Source: Lingula anatina (Eukaryota; Animalia; Brachiopoda). From it: DNA of 64,000 nucleotides. Below the pieces are notes generated by a model, which did not search any database, was not told the DNA's origin, and saw only the letters and a program-made list of their open reading frames with translations. The stretch covers positions 13,392,001 to 13,456,000 of the forward strand of contig CM120649.1 of NCBI GenBank assembly GCA_051362555.1, in the 5' to 3' direction. The position numbers and the translations under genes were made by a program. The stretch's first letter is position 1. Each line of letters starts with the position of its first letter. Shown piece by piece: positions 53,674 to 64,000 of the stretch.

Positions 53674-55789
53674 CGGCCAGCGATCATCGCCCGGAAAATT
53701 TCAGTGACATTCTGGCCAGCGATCATCGCCCGGAAAATTTCAGTGACATTCTGTCCAAAGCAGCACATAGGCTTACCAGGTTTTTTTTTGTAGCGAAAAA
53801 AGGGTCGACAAGAGCGTCGTGGTATTTGGTGGACTGAAGGCTAGACAGGCCACCCGATAGTTGGCTGCTACGTGTGAGTCGAAGTAGACAAAATGGCATC
53901 GACCGAAATTACCTTTTTTAGATTTGGTAGTAGGAAGCATAGGCCTATCTTTGCTTCATTTTTTAACAATTTTGTGAAGTGTTCACAGTGCTTAAATTTT
54001 CTGAGAGTACAAATAAAGACACGCTGTTTATTTGATATTTGTTTTATTGATTGCTATACCAACAGAATGCATGAAATAACCTTAAATAGATTTGGTAATA
54101 TGCAGCACATATATATTCATGACTTTTTACCTTTCTACGAAGTAGGCCCTATTCACAATGCTTTAATATTTTGAGAGCATGGATAAAGACATGTTGTTAG
54201 TTTGATACGTGATTCTGTGGTAAATTAGTGTTTCCAGCTGTGTACTGAAAACATAACTTTTCTTAAGCATTTTTTTTTGACTGTTTTTTTTTTTTTCGCC
54301 CGCTCGCGCCGATTTTGGGGTCCCCAGAGGATGTCATCCATAAAAATAAAAAAGTGTGGCCTAACTGTGTTATAAATACCAAAGGTAATCTACCCATGAG
54401 CTTTTCCCACCAAATCAAAGTTCCTTCAAAATAAAAGCCGAGTTTTTTAAAAGGGCAACTGAACTGAAAGATTTACTCCGGTATGTCATTTCTCACCATA
54501 TATTAAATGTAGTTCTAAAAATTGGCCAATCACTTGGACCTCCATATCTCCTACATTTCAGGAATAAAATCACGATATTAAGTATTTTTCTTTGAGATAT
54601 TTAACCGTTCTTAAAGTCTGAATTCAGAAGATACACGTGGGTACCGGTAGCTTAATTTGCAGGGTATGTAGATACAAATTATGGGATTAGGATATTTTCA
54701 AACGCAGACGCTATAAAATGAATTTCATGAAATCCATATTCAGGCTATATCCCTGTTTTCTTACCTATACACATTGGAGGATTGGTTTCCCAAACAGCAC
54801 CACCACTAGACAAAATTCCGCTAGATGTCGTAGAGTTCACATTGACACACTCCACGGGTACAAAGGTCACATAAACGCCACCAGTTTGAACAGCGTATCC
54901 AGGATCACACACATACAGGATGATGTCACCGACAAGTGCACGTGAAACGTTTCCGGTCACGTGGTTCTCTTGTGGAATCATGGGTGGTGTACAAATGGCT
55001 GGAAATACCAATTGGCACGTCCCAGTACACTTTCTAAATTGCCAGATTTACCCTGTACACGTCATTATACCAATAATTGGTATGTGCTGTTATCATTGCA
55101 GTTAGTAAAGCGCATTTATAGTTTTAAGCAATGAAAGATAAAATAACCTGGAAGATCGATCGACGATATAAATTATTCTACACTAGTATTTCAAGTGGGG
55201 AAAAATATTCAAGCACAACATTCTGTGCACAGAGCTAAGTGAAACTGCATGCGCTCAACCTAAACTATCTGATCCAGATACTTGTTCTTGCATACACATG
55301 TTCTGGTGAATTATTATAATCTTAAATATTACAACTAAGGGAAAGTGGTCTTCCGTGGAGTCTTCACATACCCACACATGTCGGCACCGGCTGAGACCAA
55401 GCGGTGGACAAACCGCCCCAAGTGCAGTTTACTTCCAGGGTTGTCACAAATCCCGGTAACGTGTAATTGTCCTCGCACTCAAACGTTATTCTGTCCCCCA
55501 GAAAGCCTGAATAGTTGGCCATCACCAAGTGGTTTGCGGATATTAGTTCAACTGGCGGGCAGGGAAGAGCTGAAACGGGCACAGCAGTCAAGAATCATTT
55601 AAACTTCAGAATAATGATAATCTTACGCAGTGGTAATTTCTTAGAGAGCTAAATGTGTAAGAGGGTAATATCCTGGTTGTATATTGATTTTTCAAACTAA
55701 AAAACACAGTCCTTTATATGATCTGAATAAAGTTATTGTCGTTTATGACACAAGTAGTACATAATACACTCTCATACAAATTCATTTCT

Positions 55790-55843
<54 letters not shown>

Positions 55844-58800
55844 AAAGTGGTGCAGCTATCTAGAACAAATAGCCATCCCCTAAAACCAATTGCATTATTT
55901 GTTATCAAACGAGCATGAAATAGGAATCGGACATTAACGTTTCCATGGTGTCCTTAACCCCTCACCTATACAAGGCGTTACCACACTGCACCAGGCAGCG
56001 GACGAAGGCCCGTTGGCACCGCATTCGAGGGTTTGAACGGTATCTGTGTGGTTTTCAGCGCTCAGTGCATAACCAGCTTCACATCTCACGGTGATGTTTT
56101 GTCCCACAGTCACCGGGCCGGAGTCTTCATAGGTCACATAGTGATCGGGGGTAACAACAGTGGAGATGTTTGGGCAGGGCTGGGCTGGAATGTTGACAAA
56201 ATGGATTAAAGTGTATTGGGTAATCATATAAGGAAGACGGATATAAAAAGGGAGAGGAAGAAAGTAAGCAATTACAACGTGGAGGAGGATAGGAGGTAAT
56301 TAGTAACACCAATAAAAAAGAAATGCTGATAATTGAAAAGAGAGTATATAAAAGTGATATATTTGAGAGCAAAAGCTGTTAATAAGAAAGAAAAACTCTT
56401 TCTTTAGCTTTTTCAATTATGCCACAAGCTGTCTTATACACTACGGCTTACATGAATCTTCATTATACTTACGTTCGCATGACGTCAGTTGGTTGGACCA
56501 ACCAAGATTGCCCGTCATCCAGGTACAATTCACTACCCGGATGTTACTGCTATCATTGAATGCGTAGCCAGGGTAACATGTGCACATGACCAGATCTCCA
56601 ACCGTACCGTTGGTGCCTGTGCAGTTGTAGTTTCCGGTCTCGTTGATGATCAATTCCGGGCATGGTAACCCTTGTGTAATTAAGAATAAGATGGAAAAAG
56701 AAATACATTTCTAGAACTACATGTCATCACATTTGAAACGTACAGTGCAAATCGTGTTATAGTGTACTGCTGTTTACCGGGATGGTCATAGTGATAAAAA
56801 TATATGACTGTTTCCAAGATAATCTATGAAAATTTAATTAATAATTTTTTTGTTAAAACCTTTGCAGACAGGTGGGTCTCTTTCCCAAACAGCGACCCCA
56901 CTGGACGAGTTTTCGCTAGATGGCGTAGTTGTCTCCAATTCACGTGTGTTGTTAGCACTGACGCACTCAACGGAAACAGAGGTCACGTAGGCGTTGCCGG
57001 CTTGGACTGCGTACCCAGGGTCACAAACGTACAGGATGACATCGCCGACGATTGCTCCTGAAACGTTTCCGGTCACGTGGTTTTCTGTTGGAATTGTGGG
57101 CGGGGCGCATATCTCTGTTGTACCTGCAGGTTATTTTTTGGTCACAAAGCAATAACAGGTAAAATGAAAAAAATATATTGTGCTAATTTTTGATTAGAAT
57201 GAGCATTGTAATAATTTTCAAAATAAGGGAAAAAGCAGGAAAATTTGGAGAATGGAAGAACTCTTGCATTAATGTATAAGAAGAATAAGAGCAGCAACAA
57301 AGAGAGGGAGTATGTGCTGTAAATGTAGGAACGTAAGGAATGACAATACGAACGAAAAGTAAAAAAAAAAATAAATAAATGCAATAATCAATGCACCAGA
57401 TGTAGTAGCACATCTTTGTTAGTGAGAAGTGTTCTTCATTAATTAAGCTACATAATAGTTCGAGTATTTCACTTGTTTAAACACTTACGTCCGCATGATG
57501 CCAGTCGGTTGGACCACACTGGACTGTCAGTCATCAAGGTGCAGTCCAAGACCCGGATGTTTCTGTTGTCAGGGTACATATAACCAAGATAACAACTACA
57601 CGTGACAGAATCTCCTACAGTTCCGCTGATGCCTGTGCAGTTGTAGTTTCCTGTCGGGTCGATGATCAAATCCGGACACGGTAAAGCTATGTGATTTAAC
57701 ACAGAAAAAAAACTTACAACACATTAAAAATTTTATACACCAGTTAATTTTAAAACATAAGAAAAAAAAACAGGACGACAATGAAATGCATATACAGGTA
57801 GAAATTTTGGGGAAATGACTTATTTGAATATGCAAGAATTGCTTACGTGTGCATGACGTCAGCTGGTTGGACCACCCTGGGCTTCCACTATCCAAGGTAC
57901 AGCTTAAGACCCGGATGGATGTACTGTCATCATATGCGTAACCAGGGTAACAGTTGCACGTGATCGAATCTCCAATTGTTCCATTGATGCCTGTGCAGTT
58001 ATAATTTCCGTTTTGGTCGATCGTCAAATCAGGGCAGGACACAACAAATGACGTTAAATCTAAAAGAAAAAACACAGAAAATGCAGAAGATTAATTAAAT
58101 TCGAGTCAGTTTATGTTTATTTTAATATAGGAGTAAACATGTATATGTTATATTTTAGTGTGGAAAAATACTTGCAATAAATTGAATTCCTTATTTTGTA
58201 ATCGAGGGAAACTATATCACTGTTCTTGATAGAGAACATTTTAAGTGATATACTAGTATAAGTACAATGAACCCCACTGTAGGACATCAGAGCATTGCTG
58301 TATCAACACTGTTATATTGTCGATCTGATATTAGAATTTCAGGTGAACATGGTCATCACTTTGAAGAAACGCCATGCTTGCAGGTAGCAGGAGGAGCACC
58401 AGTGCTATGTGGTGTTTCCTTAATTCATCTGCTAGCCAAATCCATGAGATAGCTGAATACGCTGCAGATGGTACATGTATATAGCTGGTCGTTCAGCTTT
58501 TTAGCTACAGTGCTTTAATTTTTTAATATAGGCCTACTCTAACCTTTTAACTAAATCACAAAAATCTGAAAGCGATAAAATGATAATATTTGCTTCAACG
58601 GTTATGATAAATATAAGAGAGCGGTGTACAGTTAAAACCCGTATTACAATATCAACTAATACAAGAGACAATTAATACTGATTTACCCACCGTAACATAT
58701 AGGTGTCACCACTGTCCACTCCATGCCTGCTAGAGTGGCATTCCATGTACACTGACTGGTCACGTTGGTCCTGGAGTCCGCCATGACGTAACCACTGTGA

Positions 58801-60134
58801 CAGAAAAACGTCACAGTATCCGCCATACTGCCAATTGTTGACGTTACATATACGTGACTCTCAGCTGGGATATTGATTGTAGGGCATGGTAGAGCTAAAA
58901 AAATAAATAATATATTGTTAGATGATAAATAATGAATAAGTGAATGGATTATTAGCTGTAACGATTGTGGTAGTTAAAATACATTTTTAGCGTATATTGC
59001 TATAACTTGTCCATATATTCATCCCGCTCTTTAAACGCCATTTGTTTAATTATGTTATTATCCGGACCTTTATATATGCTCCCCCCCCCCCCCCCCCCCC
59101 CCCCCCGCATACAACATCCACATCATTTACTCAACTTACGTGAACATGTTGTCCATGTGTAAGGGTACGAATAATAGGGGTCTACAGCCCACTGGCCGTG
59201 GCTAGTGCAATAAACGGTGCCTTGGCCATTGAGATACCAGCCTGGATCACAAGTAAACGACACGGTGGTGTTCACGGTACAACAGTTGGTTCCCAGAGAG
59301 CACAGCCCGTAGCTCGGAGATATGTGTAGTCCGGATGTGATGACAGGATGGGTGCATACTGTGCCTAGAAGTGCGTGTGTATGTAAAAGTATCTTGTATT
59401 TTTCCTAATACTTTTTAATGAAAATACTACACTTTTTGCTAAGAACGACTATAAATCCAATTTGTTGAATGATAACTAACAATCGCTTTATTCAGCGCGG
59501 GGTAATCCAGCTTTGGTAAAGCCTTTAAGATAATTAAGACAGTACAAGCACATTACCAACAATTTTAATTATGTGTGAATTTTAATTTTTAATTTTACTT
59601 TTAATTCTTAAAAGAGTTGACATATCTCAATGGTTACAGATTTTAGGAACAGTATATTATTCGGAAAATATTTCTTTTAGAAACATTAAAAATAAGATCC
59701 CAGAACTGAAATATGAGAAGGTCTGGTGCTATTTATTGACAATGGAATACTTTGACATAATTTATATACAATTGTATTGATATACCATTAACTGAATAGG
59801 AATTATTATGTCAACTGCACTTATAACATCTACCGTAAAACAAATGACGTAACCATGCACTTACTTGGAGGGTTTCCTTGTCTCTGGCAAACGTATCTCG
59901 AAGTGGACGCACAGTCCTGACGGGTCCAAACTCCAAGTCCTGTGGGGGTGATCGTCACTCCCTGACATGAGCCCGTCAGTGTCCCAGGGTTGCCGTCTGT
60001 CACTGAAACACGATATAAAAGCATATGACAGATCTGGAATGGTAATCAGCGGCTTTTACCTTGGGCAGAGCTGAATATTTTACATTAATGTAAAAAAACT
60101 GACATTCTCATAAATATTAAATAAAACTTCGGAC

Positions 60135-60166
<32 letters not shown>

Positions 60167-61488
60167 CTACCACTCCTTCGAATTATAATATTTTATTGAA
60201 AAAGATTTCGTGCAGAATTATAGCTTGGCCCGTATTTTCACTATGTACCAAACGTGTTGGGTATTTATGCTTTGGCACTATCACGTGCACAGAACACCGA
60301 AAATAGTTTTATGTACCTGTGTAGTTGACGCTCTCTCCGTCACCCCAGGTAAATTCACTGAAATCGGCCGTCGAACCGCCAGTGTCGTTTTTGCTGAGCC
60401 CCACCCATAAGGAGTCTGCCACGCCCTTGGCGCTGAAAGTTGAGGAGACATGATACAAAAAACAGCTGAAAGTTGAGATATAGGGCCTTTTTTCATATCG
60501 AACATACCGGGTACCGCTCGACACTTTAAATAGTTTTTTATCAGTATTCATTTAATTTGATGGAGGTCTTAGCATGGAATTGTACTCTACTGGTGTTTGT
60601 ATCCGCTTTCCCAAGTTTGGTTCTTGCTGTCTGTGAGGCAGTTGATAAAATTGCCGTGTGGAGAGCGAACGGGTGCTCTGGTAATATAATTAGCTGGCAC
60701 ACTTATCCATGCTCTTTATTGTTCCCAATCTAGACCTTAGGAACTAAAAAACGCCTCAAATAAAACTGAAGTCGATGTTTTTCTGGGATGTCAAAGGAAT
60801 AGGCATCCCAAAGGAATCACAGATCGTTAACGAGAGGCTTCATTGGTTAGAAATGGTGGGTCCTAGGTCTACATAATCCAGGGGCGGGGTAATATATTGG
60901 AGTGGCGGATTTGTTCAGCTCCAACGGACCGTTTGGGTTCCGCTCTCTGGAAATTTCTGCACTGTGGATATTTAAGAGGTACTTGCTTTTGTCTCCCACA
61001 GACAACTTGGTGACAACTAAGTTACGCAAATTGACCGGCCTGGTCCTTCGAGGTTTGCCACATTCACTGCTGGGCGGAGATGGCAGTAAATCGTACGTGT
61101 TAACGTTAACGTCTATTGATTTTCTTACTTGTTTATTTACCTGCTTCACAGTTAATAATATCACATCTCTTTGTTGAAACGTTCCCAAAGTGAACTCTTG
61201 GGCGGGTGTTTATTCGCCCATGTTGAAAATGATACCGTGAGTGGGAGAGAAAAAACATGGAAAAAAGATGTAGTAGGTATAGATAAGGAACTAGAAGAAT
61301 TTGGTTAAATCTCAAGTCTTATAAGTATCTGCGCCCTGTTAAAATATGTACGTGGTCAATATAGGTGTATTCTACTTATAACTGTCAAAGGAAATGTAAT
61401 TTAGTATAAAACTATTTTCAAATGCGCATACCAATTCGCAAACGAGATGGCATCAGCTGCGCTTGGTAATTTCATGAATGTTCCACAG
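34883..61488 (-). CDS. Polycystin-1-like (PKD1L/REJ-family-like) receptor-channel: C-type lectin, 12 Sushi/CCP, GAIN/GPS-like, TM1, PLAT, multi-TM with TOP and PKD channel domain; 5' end not located; interrupted at one splice donor by a Harbinger transposon
   Basis: Minus-strand exons: lectin about 61432-61488, 60316-60432 (LWVGL..FTWGDG) and 59865-60002 (W..QDC...RYVCQ); 12 CCP exons between 51818 and 59364; GAIN-like exons 46804-51326; 46319-46552 (PPNTIDF + TM1); PLAT 45799-45969, 45492-45646 and 45011-45297 (DDHLWFSV..RPTPSRLSRVQRLTIC). These continue through 44224-44765, 43698-43797, 43110-43375, 42454-42631 (RLGPLLLRQLRV), 42059-42154, 36331-36909 (YGGGGY..WIDRLSRAVIVE), 35460-36020 (ILNMFISII) and a last exon 34883-35154 with TAG. 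Phases were checked and are compatible from 48512 to the stop. Confidence 0.9.
36068..36225. repeat. (CTA)n microsatellite with cgtgattg interruptions; other (CTA)n tracts at about 2612-2657 and 13630-13665
   Basis: Directly visible. Confidence 0.95.
37409..38929 (+). CDS. Harbinger DDE transposase (HARBI1-like), 345 aa, 3 exons
   Basis: Exons 37409-37965, 38169-38429 and 38710-38929 join in frame (1038 nt). Motifs: LRFFATG, GFPRVLGCLDGT, RKGYHAINVQAVCD, PGSTHD, GDSAY, YNAAH..TRNLIERAFGVLKSRFRCL, LHNF. Confidence 0.95.
39452..39465. terminator. Candidate bidirectional polyadenylation signal between the convergent Harbinger genes
   Basis: aataaatatttatt has AATAAA on plus (39452-39457) and on minus (39460-39465), immediately past the Myb stop codon. 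Position-based inference in AT-rich DNA. Confidence 0.4.
39471..41349 (-). CDS. Harbinger Myb/SANT-like DNA-binding protein (NAIF1/MSANTD-like), 7 exons, charged putative coiled-coil C-terminus
   Basis: Exons 41195-41349 (MEQCKKRVKFTSEEVEVLVDEV...KAWGEIT), 40799-40961 (KDIRKKWSDF...KTGGG), about 40429-40504, 40218-40295, 39949-40023, 39776-39820 and 39471-39646 (TGA at 39471-39473). All join in frame, provided the third intron uses a GC donor (G|gcaagt). Confidence 0.85.
40593..40663. repeat. (AT)n microsatellite inside an intron of the Harbinger Myb gene
   Basis: Directly visible. Confidence 0.95.
47379..47604. mobile_element. ~226-bp foldback MITE in a PKD1L intron
   Basis: Long imperfect inverted arms (tttagattgatc..ccctggggg..ttgctgtcagctt versus aagctgacagcaa..cccccaggg..gatcgatctaaa); ends agac/gtct flanked by TAG on both sides. 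Confidence 0.6.
53551..54361. mobile_element. Non-autonomous PIF/Harbinger (Tourist-like) element, 811 bp
   Basis: About 34-bp TIR ggccacacttttttaattttatggatgacatcct / aggatgtcatccataaaaataaaaaagtgtggcc; TAA on both sides (53548-53550, 54362-54364); internal poly-C run and a 39-bp tandem duplication (about 53675-53752). Confidence 0.88.
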
Positions 61489-63714
61489 CTAATTCGGTTA
61501 TTTTTATGTTTTTGGCCAGAACAATTATACTCTTGTTTGATTGATACTGGAGAAATCAGAATTCAAAAGTGGAAGCAATAGGAAGCAGATAACCCATATG
61601 CTTAAATCAATGTTATAGAAAACGCCTGCTTCAGTTCGCAAACAATGCTTTTCAGTTTAGTCAAGGGGAAGTACAAAATTGCATCATGCATATTTTATAC
61701 GTTAACGACAATGCAACAAAATACTTATCAGCATTAATACAGTTGTCATTTACTGCGAACATCAGATGACAATTTCATGCTCGATTATGCTCGTAAAGTA
61801 CCAAGAACACTTGGATAATCACAGGGTCGTTACACAGTCCTCATCGGAATATAGTGTCTCACATAACGGTTTTATTCGTCCGAGTAGTATCGCCCCTGAG
61901 TGTGTTTTAATGTAGAAAAACAATGGTTCCCATTGCGTGCTGTCGTACTGTTCAACAGTATGGATTCCAGTAATGGGCAGCCGCATACTGGCTTTTGTTT
62001 GTGCAAAATGTATTCCCTAACCTACATAAATTTGTATCGCCATTTTAATGTTCATTTTCACTAAAACAAAGTATACGTCTTTTATGATGGGTCGGCAGCG
62101 ACGCTGCTTCAATAATGTTCGACCAATGTTTTATTTCCTCTCCTCACAATTAACGTATCAGCAATGTTTTATTTGACTGTACTTTCATCATGTACTGTCA
62201 AATGTCATCAAAACTGTAACAAACTGAAACTAGATATGCTTTATAATTTACTTCAGTTAATTTTTTTATGAATTTTATTTAGTTTTGGAAAGACCTACAC
62301 AGATCTACAGAACTGGCTTATAAGGTATTTTGTTTTAGAGAGATGCATACATATCATAGATCTGTTTGTTCAACTGACTACCCATTTTCATGCACAAGGG
62401 CTAAATGTTACATTCTCGTGTTAGTAGTATGTTTCTCTTGTTGTCTCTTTAAGCCAATGCCTTTACTGAATCAAGCATGGTAAAAAATGTGCTCTATGAG
62501 AACGTGCCGCTTCCCTACCTTATTATTACGCAGTTTGTTGGTTAAGTTAATTTGATTTCAGAGTAGGTAGACTATCATCTCACGCACGCTCTTACTGTTA
62601 CACACTATTTAACATATAAAACATTCATAAATTAAATGATCATTGTTTCTACCATCTTCCGTACTTGTCCATATGACTTTGCTATTTTACAATATATAAA
62701 AACTGTCATTATTATTTATTTTACTAATGTAAGTATGACATATTGAAACCAGGGGTGAAAGATGTTTCAAATGCGGACGTTGATCGATTTTGGGGACTAT
62801 TTAATTGTCAAACATCAAAAGGTTCAACCAACAGATAAAAGCCAGTTACACCGTTACACTAGATTTAACTCGTAAAATATTCATGCATTTCTGTTGATGG
62901 CGCTCTCGACTCATTAGAGTACCATCAAGTGCACCTCTAGGTAAATGTTTCACTCCAGCCCGTGACACTAACAGTATAAAAAAAATTAATTGACTTGCCC
63001 TATTATTGCCCTATTTGTCCAGCTTAATTATGTTTATTTCATTTTCACTTCATTACCATTATATGTTATCCACCTTTATTATTACATTGTTCTTACCTCA
63101 GTATAACCTAATACATGTGCATGTAGACCCATTTTGCTACATTTTTTGTGTAGTACAATGTACATGTATGTTCGTCTTGTATACAAGTGCATGTATTAGT
63201 AGCAGACTGTATTCAACTAAGATAGCCAACCCTAACATGTACATTGTTATTATTTTTGTTGTGTGAATTTAATGAGAATTTTATGCTTATTCTTCTCCTT
63301 GATACGTCTGTCTTTGCTATGTGTCACGTTTAGTTGTACATGCATGTGTGCGTCTTTGACCAAGTCCATTACATACGATATTTTTCCGATGTAGCATTGA
63401 ATGCATTTATGTGAGATGGAGACTCTTGTGAGTAAATGGTCAAGTTAGGCCCCTTTTATTTCCGAATATGTCAACAAGTAAACCATCCTTCCTAATGCTG
63501 CACAACATTTTTAAAACTAGCACTAGCATAAAGAGGTCGCTCTCTCCCCGTGTTTTCAGGGGATCCATTTTCGGACAGAACTAAGCCATTAATTCCACGT
63601 GTTCGTAAACACTATACCTTGTCAATTTTATAATAATAATAATAATAATTTATTGTTCATTAAGAGACAAACTTTATAGAATGTTCGGTAGACTAAACAG
63701 TATGTAATATATCA

Positions 63715-63830
63715 TACACACACTGGACAAAAGAAGTGTCACCCCTACTGAGCCAATACTATGGGGGAGATAAATGACTGTGGAATGATATGCTCCTTGT
63801 ATCATTTTATTAACATCAAATTTCACGAAA
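63715..63830. repeat. Dispersed repeat end, inverted copy of 10222-10333; possible Tc1/mariner-type terminus
   Basis: cacactggacaaaagaagtgtcacccctactga...tcattttattaacatcaaatttcac matches the reverse complement of 10222-10333; both copies stop at or next to a TA. Confidence 0.6.
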
Positions 63831-64000
63831 AATCACAAAATGAGAACAAAATATACATTCTACCAAAATATGCAGTTTTAAGTCCAAAATTATTACTTAG
63901 TGGCATAGCCACGTGACCTAATAATAGGTGCCAGTATACGAGGCAAGGATTCATATAATTGTCTGATGCGTTCAGGACTTATGCTGGCCCAAGAATGAAA

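Noticed and set aside
55793-55842. ~50-nt poly(A) run (others near 32180 and 60135) as a retroposon tail
   Set aside because: No flanking TSD or recognisable SINE/LINE body was found.
61500-63500. Candidate further 5' exons of the PKD1L gene (about 61800-62020 and 63376-63450)
   Set aside because: Could not find a phase-compatible, stop-free chain with convincing lectin or signal-peptide motifs; left unannotated.

Overview
AT-rich, intron-rich animal (probably marine invertebrate) genomic DNA with two large multi-exon genes, both on the minus strand. (1) Positions <1-23967: a MUC4/SUSD2-type mucin-like gene with a signal peptide, one 6.9-kb exon of Ser/Ala/Thr tandem repeats, EGF, NIDO, AMOP, VWD (with GDPH) and many EGF-Ca modules; it runs off the left edge. 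(2) Positions 34883->61488: a polycystin-1-like (PKD1L) gene with a C-type lectin, 12 Sushi/CCP exons, GAIN with a degenerate GPS, PLAT and the TOP/channel region; its 5' end was not located. The most striking feature is an apparently intact, autonomous two-gene PIF/Harbinger transposon (37162-42058) carrying a 3-exon DDE transposase and a convergent 7-exon Myb/SANT gene, with 16-bp TIRs and a CTG target duplication. It sits exactly on a PKD1L exon/intron junction and moves the GT donor 4.9 kb away from its exon. Introns and the intergenic region also hold a Helentron-like element with a 146-bp satellite, piggyBac-, Harbinger- and hAT-type MITEs, and microsatellites. Exon coordinates were read by hand from splice sites and phase continuity; no database searches were run.
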